A stretch of 64,000 nt of DNA, taken from an uncultured Solirubrobacteraceae bacterium (GTDB taxonomy: Bacteria > Actinomycetota > Thermoleophilia > Solirubrobacterales > Solirubrobacteraceae). Positions 26,888-38,006 of this stretch are shown one piece after another (the first letter of the stretch is position 1; each line of letters starts with the position of its first letter). A program made the position numbers and the translations under genes. The DNA is taken from the NCBI GenBank assembly GCA_963740765.1, contig CAVUFN010000008.1, forward strand, positions 392,092-456,091, given 5' to 3'. The notes beneath the pieces are model-generated. The model searched no databases. It saw nothing but the letters and a program-made list of their open reading frames with translations, and was not told the DNA's origin.

Positions 26888-28297
26888 CTAGGAGGCCAGC
26901 GCGGCCTCGCCCACGCGGCGCAGCGGGCCGCCGGCGAGGACCGCGATGGCGACGAACGCCAGCGGGGCGACCGCCAGGATCGTCACGCCCGCGGCGGCGG
27001 CCTCCGCGGCGCCGACGGCAACGCCGAGCAGCGCGGCGAGGCGCAGCGCGGCGGCCGGCCCGTCGCGCCACAGCGGCCGCGCGGCCAGCCCGGCGGCGAC
27101 CAGCTCCGTGCCCCACGTCAGGCGTGCGGCGGGGCCGACGCCGTAGGGGAGGGTCAGCGCGGCGTTGCCCGCGATGTTGAAGGCCAGCGCGATCAGATTG
27201 AAGCGCAGGTACGCGCCGCCGCGGCCCTCGCTGACGTAGACCGCGCCGAGCGGGATGGCGAGCATGAGCACGGCGGCGAGGGGCGCCAGCAGGCGCAGGC
27301 TGTCGGCCGCACGGGCCAGGCCGTCGCCGCCGATCAGCTCCACGAACGGCTGCGCGACGACGAGGGTCACGACGGTGACGAGGGCGCCGGCGGCCGTCAG
27401 CGCCACCAGCAGCTCCTGGACGCCGCCGTCGGCCAGCAGGCGCTGCCGCCCGCGCGCGGCCAGCAGCGGCAGCGCGGCCGACGCGATGATCCCGCCGAAG
27501 ACCAGCAGCTGCTCGGCGAACTGGAAGGCGAACAGGTAGCTGGCGGCGCTGCGCTCGCCGACGGCCGCGTTGACGAACAGGACGTCGATGCGCGTGTAGA
27601 GCGTGACCACGAGCAGGGCGCCGGCCAGCGGGGCGACCTCGCGGACCATGGAGCGGACGCGCTCGCGATCGTCGCCGGGCGGCGGGATCGCCGCGCTCGG
27701 CGTCAGCTTCAGCTCGCGCAGCATCAGCACCATCAGCACGAGACCGGGCAGGGGGTAGGCGGCCAGGCCGAGCACCGCCCGCGGGGCGTCGAGCGCGACC
27801 GCGATCCCCAGGCCGCTCAGGGCCAGGACGGCGGACAACGCCTCGAGCACGGTCTGCCGGTGCAGGCGCTGGTCGGCCTGCAGGTACGCCCCGACGTTCA
27901 TCGCCACCGCCCGCGGCAGCAGCTGGGACCCGATCACCGCGCCGAGCAGCGCCGCGTCGGCGCCGCGCGAGAGCCAGGCGAGCAGCACCACGAGGGCGAT
28001 GGCGGTCCCCGCGAGGACGAGCCGGACGCCGAGCACCCCGCGCGGGCGGGGCGAGGCCTCGGGGTCCTGCAGCAGCCGCCGGACCACCACCGGGGTGAGG
28101 GCCGGGTCGAGCAGGACGCCCGACATCGCCATGAGCGACAGGACCGTGACCCAGTCGGCGTAGCTGGTGATCGACAGCTCGCGCGTGACGATCGCCGTCG
28201 AGCCGAGGACGACGACGATGGTGGCCGCTCGCGCGAGGGTCTGCGCGACGACGGTGACGGCGGCGCCGCGGCCCTCGAGCGTGGGAGAAGAGGACAC
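26888..28297 (-). CDS. wzx: Wzx-like oligosaccharide/polysaccharide flippase (MOP superfamily)
   Basis: 469 aa with about 12-14 TM helices and an N-terminus typical of the polysaccharide biosynthesis protein family. GTG start at 28297. Confidence 0.7.
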   Translation of the reverse strand: MSSSPTLEGRGAAVTVVAQTLARAATIVVVLGSTAIVTRELSITSYADWVTVLSLMAMSGVLLDPALTPVVVRRLLQDPEASPRPRGVLGVRLVLAGTAIALVVLLAWLSRGADAALLGAVIGSQLLPRAVAMNVGAYLQADQRLHRQTVLEALSAVLALSGLGIAVALDAPRAVLGLAAYPLPGLVLMVLMLRELKLTPSAAIPPPGDDRERVRSMVREVAPLAGALLVVTLYTRIDVLFVNAAVGERSAASYLFAFQFAEQLLVFGGIIASAALPLLAARGRQRLLADGGVQELLVALTAAGALVTVVTLVVAQPFVELIGGDGLARAADSLRLLAPLAAVLMLAIPLGAVYVSEGRGGAYLRFNLIALAFNIAGNAALTLPYGVGPAARLTWGTELVAAGLAARPLWRDGPAAALRLAALLGVAVGAAEAAAAGVTILAVAPLAFVAIAVLAGGPLRRVGEAALAS

Positions 28298-28314
28298 GCG
28301 ACTAGAACCTGGGC

Positions 28315-29442
28315 ATGCGAGTCGCGCTGATTCGGGGCAGCCTAATCGGCCCCTGGGAGTTCGGGAACCACGTCGTCGACGGCGTCGACGTCGAGCTGAT
28401 GGCCGCCCGGGGCGGCGCGGAGGGCCTCGCGCCGCCGTTCGCGGTGCGCGAGCTGCGCTCGCCGGCCCAGGTGCTCAGCCGGCTGTCGCCGCGGGCCACC
28501 GGCCTGCTGGAGCTGGTGGCCGGCAGCATCCAGTACCTCTCGGGCCTCGAGGAGGCGCTCGACGGCTTCGACGTCGCCCACGCCACCGAGGTCTACATGC
28601 CGATGACGCTGCAGGCGTGTGACGCGCGTGACCGGGGCCGCTGCCGCGTCGTCGTCGCCTCCGTCATGGAGAACCGCGCCTTCCAGCCCGATCACAACCG
28701 CTTCGAGCGCCGGCGCATCGATCGGATCGCCCGCCGCGTCGACCACTTCGTCGCCATGAGCGAGGCGGCCCGGCTGCACCTCGAGCTCTACGGGGTCGAA
28801 CCCGAGCGGATCACCGTCCGGCCCAACGGCATCGACACCGAGCGGTTCCGGCCCGCACCGGGGCCCGCGGAGCACCAGGGCCTGCGGGTGCTGAGCGTCT
28901 CCCGGCTCGAGTACGGCAAGGGCGTCGAGGATCTCGTGATCGCCATCGGCCTGCTCGCCCGCCGCGGGGTCGACGCCCGCGTCACCCTGCAGGGGCGCGG
29001 ACCGCTGGAGCGGCGCCTGCGGCAGATCGCCGCCGCCATGGGCGTCACCGAGCGCGTGACCTTCGGCGGGTTCGTCCCGTATCCGGGGCTGCCCGAGGTC
29101 TACCGCGCCCACGACGTCTTCGTGCTCGCCAGTGGCGCGACGCGCTACTGGCAGGAGCAGCTCGGCTACGCGGTGCTGGAGGCGATGGCCAGCGGGCTGC
29201 CGGTGATCGCGGGAGCGTCGGGATCGCTGCCCGAGGTGGTCGGCCGCGACGACGCGCTGGTGCGACCGCACGACCCCGAGGCGCTCGCCGACGCGCTCGA
29301 GGCACTCACCGACCCCTCCGTGCGCGCCGACCGCGGCGCCTTCAGCCGCCGCCGTGCGCTCGAGCGCTACGACCAGCGCGACGCCGCCGCCGACCTGCGC
29401 GACCTCTACGCGCGGCTGCTGAAGGACGCCCGCACGCCGTAG
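28315..29442 (+). CDS. GT4-family glycosyltransferase
   Basis: RPNGIDTERF, GRGPLE, and the EX7E region (YWQEQLGYAVLEAMASGLPVIAG). 375 aa. Confidence 0.85.
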   Translation: MRVALIRGSLIGPWEFGNHVVDGVDVELMAARGGAEGLAPPFAVRELRSPAQVLSRLSPRATGLLELVAGSIQYLSGLEEALDGFDVAHATEVYMPMTLQACDARDRGRCRVVVASVMENRAFQPDHNRFERRRIDRIARRVDHFVAMSEAARLHLELYGVEPERITVRPNGIDTERFRPAPGPAEHQGLRVLSVSRLEYGKGVEDLVIAIGLLARRGVDARVTLQGRGPLERRLRQIAAAMGVTERVTFGGFVPYPGLPEVYRAHDVFVLASGATRYWQEQLGYAVLEAMASGLPVIAGASGSLPEVVGRDDALVRPHDPEALADALEALTDPSVRADRGAFSRRRALERYDQRDAAADLRDLYARLLKDARTP

Positions 29443-30116
29443 CCGAGGGGCAGCGCCCGCCGCCGGTCGAAGCGGTCCAGCCACGGCAGCCAGGCGGTCA
29501 TGACCCGCACGATGCCCGTGAACAGCCGGGCCGGGGTGAGCGCGCCGAGCTCCACGCCGGTCGCGGCGGCGCCGTTGCGTCCCAGGAACGCCAGCGCGCT
29601 GAAGTAGCCACCCAGCGGCCGCACGGTCACGTGGGTGAACCCGGCCTCGTGCACCAGCGCGGCGAGGGCGTGGCGCGTGTAGCGGTAGTAGTCGTGGGGC
29701 TCCTCGTGCAGCTCGCCGACGAACGGAACCGTGAGCCACAGCTCCCCGTCCGGGGCCAGGACGCGTGCGAGCTCGGCCAGCACGGCGGCGGGATCGGCGA
29801 TGTGCTCGAGCACCTGGGTGCACACGACGAGGTCGAACGCGGCGTCGGGCACCGGGAGGTCGGTCAGGGACGCGACGATCGTGGCGTGCGCCGAGCCGGG
29901 ATGGACGGACTGCTCCCAGTCGGAGGACACGTAGTCGCAGTGGGCGAACAGCGGGGCGTACGGGGCGTCGCCCGCGCCGGCGTCGAGCACCCGGGTGCCG
30001 GGCGGCGCCAGGTCCGCAGCCTGGCGGGTCCAGGCCAGGATCAGGCGGCGGTCGATCGGGGACTGCGCGACGAAGTCAGCCAGGGCGGGAGAACCGGGCG
30101 GGGACATGGGCGTCAC
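29406..30116 (-). CDS. class I SAM-dependent methyltransferase (Methyltransf_11-like)
   Basis: RVLDAGAGDAPYAPLF (motif I), DLVVCTQVLEHI, and PDGELWLTVP. Confidence 0.8.
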   Translation of the reverse strand: MTPMSPPGSPALADFVAQSPIDRRLILAWTRQAADLAPPGTRVLDAGAGDAPYAPLFAHCDYVSSDWEQSVHPGSAHATIVASLTDLPVPDAAFDLVVCTQVLEHIADPAAVLAELARVLAPDGELWLTVPFVGELHEEPHDYYRYTRHALAALVHEAGFTHVTVRPLGGYFSALAFLGRNGAAATGVELGALTPARLFTGIVRVMTAWLPWLDRFDRRRALPLGYGVRASFSSRA

Positions 30117-30162
30117 CCTAGGTCGGCCGGAGGCGGCCGGGTGGACCTATCTTCAGGGGTTC

Positions 30163-31113
30163 ATGAGCCGCCTGCGCATCGGGTTCCTCGGCGGCGTCCC
30201 GCCCGCCTTCGGCGGCTGGGGGCTCGAGCTCCAGATGCGGCGAACCGAGGCGGCGCTCATCGCGCTCGGGCATGTCGTCGAACGCGTCGAGCGCGCGCCC
30301 GCGGGCAGCGGATGGGACGTCGTCCATGCCTTCGGCAGCGAGGGCAACGTCCAGCACGCGCTGAGCCAGTGGACCGCGGCGCGGGCGCCGCTGGTCATCA
30401 GCCCCGTGCTGGTGACGCAGCCGGGGCTCTCCGAGACCGCATTGCTGCTCGCCAGCCGCTGGCCCGTGCCGGCGACGCACGACCGCCTGCGCCGCGCCGC
30501 GCTGCGCCGCGCCGACGCCCTGGTGGCGCTCGACGACTACGAGGCGCGCGTGCTGCGCCGGCTGGTCGGCCGCGGCGCGACGGTGGAGATCGTCCCGAAC
30601 GGCGTCGATCGCTTGGAGCCGGCGCCCGCCGAGCGCGAGCCGGGGTACGCGCTGCTGCTCGGCGCGGTGTCGGCCCGCAAGCGCCAGCGCGAGGTGGTCG
30701 AGGCGCTGCGCGGCCGGGTGCCCGTGGTGGTGGCGGGCGGCGTCGCCGACGATGCGGGCTGGCCCGCCTTCGCCGCCGAGACGGGCGCGGACTGGCTCGG
30801 CCACGTCGGAGATCCCGCCGTGGTGGCGCGGCTGCTCGAGGACGCCGTCGCGCTCGTGCACATGTCCCGGGCCGAGGGCCAGAGCCTCGCCGTCCTCGAG
30901 GCGCTCGCGCACGGGACGCCCGTCGTGGTGTCCGACCTGCCCAGCCACCGCCTGCTCGCCGCCGCCCATCCGGGCTGGGTCCACATCGTCGAGTCACCGG
31001 CGGAGGTGCCCGCGGCGCTCGCGGGGATCCGCGCGGAGGGTCCCCGTCCCGTCATCCCGACCTGGGCCGACGTGGCCCGGCGGCTCGAGCCGATCTACCG
31101 CCGCGTGGGCTAG
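30163..31113 (+). CDS. GT4/GT1-like glycosyltransferase (short, 316 aa)
   Basis: MSRLRIGFLGGVPPAFGGWGLELQ, VPNGVD, and SRAEGQSLAVLEALAHGTPVVVSD. The start is taken at ATG 30163 rather than the track start 29995. Confidence 0.75.
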   Translation: MSRLRIGFLGGVPPAFGGWGLELQMRRTEAALIALGHVVERVERAPAGSGWDVVHAFGSEGNVQHALSQWTAARAPLVISPVLVTQPGLSETALLLASRWPVPATHDRLRRAALRRADALVALDDYEARVLRRLVGRGATVEIVPNGVDRLEPAPAEREPGYALLLGAVSARKRQREVVEALRGRVPVVVAGGVADDAGWPAFAAETGADWLGHVGDPAVVARLLEDAVALVHMSRAEGQSLAVLEALAHGTPVVVSDLPSHRLLAAAHPGWVHIVESPAEVPAALAGIRAEGPRPVIPTWADVARRLEPIYRRVG

Positions 31114-32762
31114 GCGCCGCAGAGCCGCAGCGGCGCGGCGAAGGAGATCTGCATGCGCCACTGCGCGTCCGCGCCGTCGTCCGGGATCCGCAGCAGCCGT
31201 GGCTCGGCGCTGCCGAGCGGGATGGCCTTGTTGACGAACGCGTCGCCCCAGAGCCGGAAGACGGCGCTGGCGTCGGCCGGGCCGGCGACGACGAGCCCGG
31301 CGTCCGGCACGGGCAGCGTGAGCGTGCCGGTGCCCTGCGGCCGCGCCCGGACGCAGTGCGCGTCCTTGGTGACGCTGGCGCCGGTGCTGGCCTCGACCGC
31401 CGGGACGGCGCCGCGCGCCGGGCCCTCGGGGTCGCCGAAGCCGACGAAGTAGGACTGCATGCGGTCGTCGGCGACCTCGCGGACCGGTTCCTCGGAGCGC
31501 ACCACCGCCGGCTCGCCCCCGATGATCGGCCCGCCGTCGGCGATCGCCTTGAAGTAGGGGCCGGCGTGGACCTGCGGTGCGAAGGAGGCGTCGGGCATGG
31601 TCTCGGGCGTCACGCGCGTGGGCCCGGCGACCTCGAGCGCGGCCAGCGGGCCGCGCACCAGCTGCGCGAAGCCGGCCAGCTCGCGGCCGCCGTCGCGCAG
31701 CTTGGCGAGGCCGGTGAGGCTCGCGGCGAAGACGAAGAACGCCGTCAGCACCAGCGCGTACCGGCGCAGGCGCACCCCGTCCGCTGCCTCCACGGCGACG
31801 AGCACCACGAAGATCGCCGTCGGGTACAGGTACCGCGGGGTCTCGGCGCCGACGATGTCCGAGCGCGCTGCGGCGGCGAGCACCCAGAAGGTCAGCGGGA
31901 CGGCGAGCAGGGCGAGCAGGCGCCACGGCACCAGCACGTAGTCGCGGGCGCGGACGAGCAGGAGCACCACGCCCGCGAGCGCGATCGGCCGGCCCCAGTC
32001 GATCCCCAGCCCGGCCAGGCCTCCGACGGTCGCGGCCAGGCCCTGGCCGGTGAACTGCGTGGCGGCCTGGATCTTGCTGAGCGTGATCGGCGCGCCGGGG
32101 TTGTGGTACTTCAGGTACCAGGCGGCGTAGAGGACGGCGGGGATGGCCAGGATCCACCAACGATCGCGCCGGTTGGGGCGGCCGAGGACGTCGATCGCGA
32201 TGCCGGCGAGCACGCACAGGCCGACGGACGAGGAGGCGATCGACAGCGACAGCAGCACGCACGCAGCGATGTCCCCGCGGCGCGTGCCGCGGTCCAGCGC
32301 CACGAACGCGAGGACGCCCGTCAGCAGCGAGCCGGAGTAGCCCAGCTGGAAGGCCCACAGCAGGTCGATGGCGCCCGCGCCGTAGAAGGCGACGGTGGTG
32401 ACGGCGAGCACGGCCAGGAAGGGCCCGAGCCGCGGCCGGGCGTAGACGAACATCGCGACCAGCGTGCCGGCGTGCGAGAGCGCGAGCACCAGCCGGTACG
32501 GCGAGTAGGTGTCGTGGCCGACCGTGGCGAACAGGAGCTTGTAGGCGAGCACCGGGACGAGCGACAGGTGCTCGTTGTGCGCCCGCAGGAGCGCGCCCGT
32601 GTTCCAGTCGCGCCGCTCGAGGACGAAGTTCCAGTCGTCGTAGTAGAACGACGTGCCGCGGCCCTCGTACATGAGCATCACGACGGCGCCGGTGACCAGC
32701 AGCCCCAGCAGGGCCCACGGCCACCACGACGGCAGGCGGCTGGGCGGGCGCTCGGTCGTCAA
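31110..32762 (-). CDS. polytopic membrane protein with large C-terminal extracytoplasmic domain; putative GT-C-type glycosyltransferase or polymerase
   Basis: 550 aa with about 11 TM helices. There is an acidic motif early in loop 1 (FYYDDWNFVLERRDW), and the last roughly 190 aa are soluble. No family was confidently recognised. Confidence 0.5.
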   Translation of the reverse strand: MTTERPPSRLPSWWPWALLGLLVTGAVVMLMYEGRGTSFYYDDWNFVLERRDWNTGALLRAHNEHLSLVPVLAYKLLFATVGHDTYSPYRLVLALSHAGTLVAMFVYARPRLGPFLAVLAVTTVAFYGAGAIDLLWAFQLGYSGSLLTGVLAFVALDRGTRRGDIAACVLLSLSIASSSVGLCVLAGIAIDVLGRPNRRDRWWILAIPAVLYAAWYLKYHNPGAPITLSKIQAATQFTGQGLAATVGGLAGLGIDWGRPIALAGVVLLLVRARDYVLVPWRLLALLAVPLTFWVLAAAARSDIVGAETPRYLYPTAIFVVLVAVEAADGVRLRRYALVLTAFFVFAASLTGLAKLRDGGRELAGFAQLVRGPLAALEVAGPTRVTPETMPDASFAPQVHAGPYFKAIADGGPIIGGEPAVVRSEEPVREVADDRMQSYFVGFGDPEGPARGAVPAVEASTGASVTKDAHCVRARPQGTGTLTLPVPDAGLVVAGPADASAVFRLWGDAFVNKAIPLGSAEPRLLRIPDDGADAQWRMQISFAAPLRLCGA

Positions 32763-32805
32763 AGCCGTCAGCAGGCTAGGCGCCGCGCTCTAGCCTCGTC
32801 CGCCG

Positions 32806-33870
32806 ATGTACCAGGTCCTGGTCACTGGCGGGGCGGGCTTCGTCGGCGCGAACCTGGCGCTGGCGCTCGCCCGTGCGCATCCCGACTGGGAGGTCGTCGC
32901 ACTCGACAACCTCTACCGGCGCGGCTCGGAGCTCAACCTGCCGCGGCTGCGCGAGGGCGGCGTGCGCTTCGTGCACGGGGACGTCCGGGAGCCGGCGGAC
33001 CTCGCGGCGGTCGGCGACGTGGCGGCGATCGTCGAGTGCTCGGCGGAGCCGTCCGTCCTGGCCGGCACGGGCGGGGACGCGCCGGACTACCTCGTGCAGA
33101 CCAACCTGATGGGCGCGTACCACTGCCTGGAGCTGGCCCGGCGCACGGGCGCGCAGCTCGTGTTCCTCTCCACCAGCCGCGTCTACCCGGTCGCGCCGCT
33201 GCAGGGACTGGCGCTGAACGAGACCGCGACGCGCCTCGAGATCGCTGCCGACCAGGCCGTCCCCGGCGCGTCGCCCGCGGGCATCAGCGAGGCGTTCCCG
33301 CTCGACGGCGCGCGGACGCTGTACGGCACGACCAAGCTGTCCGCCGAGCTGCTGATCGCCGAGTACGCGCAGACCTACGGGGTCCGCGCCGTCGTCGACC
33401 GCCTCGGGGTCATCGCCGGCCCGTGGCAGATGGGCAAGGTCGACCAGGGCGTCTTCACCTACTGGATGCTCGCCCACGTCCTGGACCGCCCGCTGAGCTA
33501 CATCGGCTTCGGCGGGTCGGGCAAGCAGGTGCGCGACCTCATCCACGTCGACGACGTCGTCGAGCTGGTCGACCGCCAGCTCGCCGAGCCCGAGCGCTGG
33601 CAGGGCGTCACCGTCAACGTCGGCGGCGGCGCGGATTGCAGTCTGTCGCTGGTGGAGACAACGGAGCTGTGCGCCGCGATCACGGGTCGCCGGATCCCCG
33701 TGGCGGCCGACCCGGCGCAACGCCCTGGTGACCTGCCCGTGTACATCTCCGACACCACCCGCCTCCACGCCATGACCGACTGGCGCCCCCGGCGCGACGC
33801 GCGCCGGATCCTCGCCGACACCTGCGACTGGATCACCGCCCACGAAGCGGTCATCCGGACCACGCTGTAG
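32806..33870 (+). CDS. NAD-dependent epimerase/dehydratase (extended SDR, CDP-paratose/tyvelose 2-epimerase-like)
   Basis: VLVTGGAGFVGANLA Rossmann motif, catalytic YGTTK, and a GPWQMGKVDQGVFTYW segment. Confidence 0.8.
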   Translation: MYQVLVTGGAGFVGANLALALARAHPDWEVVALDNLYRRGSELNLPRLREGGVRFVHGDVREPADLAAVGDVAAIVECSAEPSVLAGTGGDAPDYLVQTNLMGAYHCLELARRTGAQLVFLSTSRVYPVAPLQGLALNETATRLEIAADQAVPGASPAGISEAFPLDGARTLYGTTKLSAELLIAEYAQTYGVRAVVDRLGVIAGPWQMGKVDQGVFTYWMLAHVLDRPLSYIGFGGSGKQVRDLIHVDDVVELVDRQLAEPERWQGVTVNVGGGADCSLSLVETTELCAAITGRRIPVAADPAQRPGDLPVYISDTTRLHAMTDWRPRRDARRILADTCDWITAHEAVIRTTL

Positions 33871-34940
<1,070 letters not shown>

Positions 34941-34941
<1 letters not shown>

Positions 34942-35741
34942 TGCGCCTGTCCGTCGTCATCCCCGCCCACAACGAGGTGGGGTCGGTCGCGCAGACCGTC
35001 ACGGCGGTGACGGCGGAGCTGCGGGCGGAGTCGATCCCCTACGAGATCGTGGTCGTCGACGACCACTCGACGGACGGGACGGCGGACGCGGTCCAGGCGC
35101 TGGCCCAGCGCGACGCGGACGTGCGCCTGGTCGACAACGTCGGCCCGGGCGGGTTCGGCTACGCGGTGCGGGCGGGGCTGGAGGCGTTCACGGGCGACGC
35201 GGTGGCGATCGTCATGGCCGACCTCTCGGACTCGCCACGCGACCTCGTCTCCTACTACCACCTGCTCCAGCAGGGCTTCGACTGCGCCTTCGGGTCGCGC
35301 TTCATGTCCGGCGCGGTCGTGAGCGACTATCCGCGCCTCAAGCTGTTCATCAACCGGGCGGTCAACCTCTTCATCCGGCTCGTCTTCCGCCACGGGTACA
35401 ACGACACGACGAACGCCTTCAAGGCGTACCGGCGCGAGGTGATCGAGAACGTCCACCCGCTGCTGTCGGCGCACTTCAACCTGACCGTCGAGCTACCGCT
35501 GAAGTCGGTCGTGCGCGGCTTCACGTACGCGATCGTCCCGGTGTCGTGGACCAACCGGGCGGCGGGGGAGTCCAAGCTGCGGCTGCAGGAGATGGGCAGC
35601 CGGTACCTGTTCATCGTCCTCTACGTGTTCCTCGAGCACCACCTCAGCCGCGGCGACTACCACCGCTCCGGCGTGCGCTCGTGGCGGCAGCGCGGGCGCC
35701 CGCAGCCCTGGCGGCGCGAGCACGACGACGACCCGGCGTGA
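34941..35741 (+). CDS. GT2 polyprenyl-phosphate glycosyltransferase (DPM1/GtrB/ArnC-like)
   Basis: MRLSVVIPAHNE, VVDDHSTDGT, MADLSD (DXD-like), and a C-terminal hydrophobic helix (YLFIVLYVFLEHHL). TGATG overlap with the upstream gene. Confidence 0.8.
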
Positions 35742-36691
35742 GCGACCGCACGCGCACGGCCATCGGGGCGGTCGTGTCGGTGGTCGCGGTGGCGGCGATC
35801 GTCGTCTGGGCCACCGGCCAGCCGGCGCCGCGCTTCCCGTCCTCGGCCGGGCACCTGGCGCTCGTCGGCGCAGCGCTGGGGACGTACGCCGTGGCGACGC
35901 TGGTCCGCGCGTGGCGCTGGCACGTGATCCTGCGCCTCGACGGCATCCCGCACCGCAGGACCGACGCGCTCGGCCTGCTGGCGGTCGGCTACATGGGCAA
36001 CACGGTGCTGCCGGCCCGCGGCGGTGAGGTGCTGCGCATCTTCCTGCTCAGCCAGCGGACCGGCGCCCGCAAGACCGCCGTGCTGGGATCGATCATCGCC
36101 GAGCGCGGGCTGGACGCCGTCGTGCTCGCCGGGCTGTTCGTGGCGCTGACCTTCGCAGGCGTGGCGGGAGCGCCGACCGGGAACCTGCCGGCGATCCTGG
36201 CCGCGCTCGGGGTGGCCGGCGCCGTGCTCGGGGGGCTCGGCTACCTGTGGCTGCGGCGCCGCGGCCGGCTCGAGGGGTTCGCCGACCGGATCCGGCCGGT
36301 GGCGAGCGCGTCGCGCCCGCTGTGGGCGCCGATCGGCGTCGGCCTCGTCGCCGCGACCGTGGTGGTGTGGGTGCTGGAGGGCTGCGTCTTCGCGCTGGTC
36401 GCGCGCTCGCTCGACCTCGGTGTCGGCCCGTTCGAGGGGCTCTTCGTGGACGTGCTGGCGTCCTTCTTCGCGCTCATCCCTGCCGCACCCGGCTACGTCG
36501 GGACGCTGGACGCCGCGATGCTGTTCGGCCTGCACGCGCTCGACGTGCGCGGCGGCGCGGCGGTGGCCTTCACGCTGCTCGTGCGCTTCGTCCTGTTCGT
36601 GCCGATCACGCTGGCGGGCGGGGCGCTGCTGCTGGCGCGCTACGGCGGCCTGGCTCAGCTGGGCAGGATGCGGGTGACCCAGCCCCAGTAG
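35738..36691 (+). CDS. UPF0104 / lysylphosphatidylglycerol-synthase-TM-region-like (flippase-like) membrane protein
   Basis: GTG 35738 (GTGA overlap). 317 aa with about 8 TM helices. Motif GYMGNTVLPARGGEVLRI is characteristic of this family. Confidence 0.7.
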   Translation: MSDRTRTAIGAVVSVVAVAAIVVWATGQPAPRFPSSAGHLALVGAALGTYAVATLVRAWRWHVILRLDGIPHRRTDALGLLAVGYMGNTVLPARGGEVLRIFLLSQRTGARKTAVLGSIIAERGLDAVVLAGLFVALTFAGVAGAPTGNLPAILAALGVAGAVLGGLGYLWLRRRGRLEGFADRIRPVASASRPLWAPIGVGLVAATVVVWVLEGCVFALVARSLDLGVGPFEGLFVDVLASFFALIPAAPGYVGTLDAAMLFGLHALDVRGGAAVAFTLLVRFVLFVPITLAGGALLLARYGGLAQLGRMRVTQPQ

Positions 36692-37641
36692 GCGGCCTGG
36701 GCCTTCGCGGCCGCCGGCGGGGCGGAGAGGTAGGGCGAGTCGAGGTCCGCGGTCAGCGCGGCGGCGAAGGCTCGCGCCGGGATGCGGCGCTGGACGTGGC
36801 GGCGCCGGCGCAGTGCGCTGGGAAGGGTGCGCAGGACCGCCAGCTGGGCGCGCAGCTTGGCTCCCACCCAGCCGTCGCGGGCGGCGACCGCAAGCAGGGC
36901 GAGCTCGAAGCCGAGCAGGGCGGGGAGGAGGAGGAGCAGCAGGGGGCCGGGGTACGTGGCGATCACGGTCCAGGCCCGGTTGCGCTCGAGGTGGAACCAC
37001 TTGTAGTCGCCCTTGACGAACGCGTAGTCGTGTTCGACCCGGGCGGCGGGGAGCAGGCCGACGCCCTTCCCGAGGAGCCGGATCCGCAGGGAGAGGTCGA
37101 GGTCCTCGCCGTACATGAAGTAGGCGGGTTCGAAGCCGCCCGCGGCCTCGTAGTCGGCGCGGCGGACGACCATCGCGGCGCCGCTGGCGAAGCCGACCTC
37201 GACCGGGCCGGGCGGCACCTGCTCGACCGGCAGGCCCATGCGTCCCGCCCAGCCGAAGCCGAGCCAGTGGACGTGGTTGCCGGCGCTGTTGACCTCGCGG
37301 CCCCCCGCGAGCAGGACGAGCGCCTGCCAGCAGCCCCAGCGGGCGGGTGCGTCGCGCAGCGCGTCCAGGCAGCCCGGCTGCGGGATGGCGTCGGGGTTGA
37401 GGAACAGGATCAGCGGGGCGGACGTGGCGGCGGCGCCACGGGCCGCACCGCCCGAGAAGCCGACGTTGTCCTCGCAGCGGATCAGCTGCGCGCGCCCGGG
37501 CACCGCGGGCGCCTGCCGCGAGGCGCTGTCGACGATCACGAGCTCGTCGTCGGCGCGCAGCTGGCCCAGCAGCGCCGGCAGCGTCGTGGCGAGCGCTTCG
37601 GCGCTGTCGTGCGCGACGACGACGACGGCGAGCGCCGTCAA
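36655..37641 (-). CDS. GT2-family glycosyltransferase (rhamnosyltransferase-like)
   Basis: TTG 37641 (TTGA overlap) gives LTALAVVVVAHDSAEALATTLPALL, followed by IVDSAS and YGEDLDLSLR (ED motif). The track ORF start at 37899 overlaps the DUF2304 gene. Confidence 0.75.
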   Translation of the reverse strand: MTALAVVVVAHDSAEALATTLPALLGQLRADDELVIVDSASRQAPAVPGRAQLIRCEDNVGFSGGAARGAAATSAPLILFLNPDAIPQPGCLDALRDAPARWGCWQALVLLAGGREVNSAGNHVHWLGFGWAGRMGLPVEQVPPGPVEVGFASGAAMVVRRADYEAAGGFEPAYFMYGEDLDLSLRIRLLGKGVGLLPAARVEHDYAFVKGDYKWFHLERNRAWTVIATYPGPLLLLLLPALLGFELALLAVAARDGWVGAKLRAQLAVLRTLPSALRRRRHVQRRIPARAFAAALTADLDSPYLSAPPAAAKAQAAYWGWVTRILPS

Positions 37642-38006
37642 GCGTCGTCCGCGGGCTCGTCCTGCGCCTGCGCGTCCACGGATTGCTGCAGCATCGCCAC
37701 GCGTTGGGCCAGGACGCGGTTCTGGTCGGCCAGCCGCGAGATCACGAGCGAGAAGTGCAGCATCAGGACGAGCACGAAGCCGAAGCCGGCCGCGAACAGC
37801 GTGGAGGTGCCGGCGGCGACGCCGAGCGCGTCCGACAGGAGGTTCAGCGCGTCGCTCCAGGCCGCGAGCCCGAGCAGCACCGCGGCGGCGAACAGCCACA
37901 GCAGGGCGTAGCGCTCCATCAGCCGCCGCCGCCGCACGAGCTCGAACACGAGCAGGAAGCCGCCCGCGGCGACGACGACCGAGATGATCTGCAGCCGGGT
38001 GTTCAC
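37638..38006 (-). CDS. DUF2304-like small membrane protein (4 TM)
   Basis: 122 aa and highly hydrophobic. It sits between two GT2 genes with 4-nt overlaps on both sides. Confidence 0.65.
   Translation of the reverse strand: MNTRLQIISVVVAAGGFLLVFELVRRRRLMERYALLWLFAAAVLLGLAAWSDALNLLSDALGVAAGTSTLFAAGFGFVLVLMLHFSLVISRLADQNRVLAQRVAMLQQSVDAQAQDEPADDA

Noticed and set aside
31108-32786. 13-nt direct repeat GGCTAGGCGCCGC (31108-31120 and 32774-32786) exactly flanking the 550-aa membrane-protein gene, as a possible insertion scar or cassette boundary
   Set aside because: Chance 13-mer matches are expected many times in 64 kb of GC-biased sequence. One copy includes the gene's own TAG stop. There is no recombinase and no compositional break.
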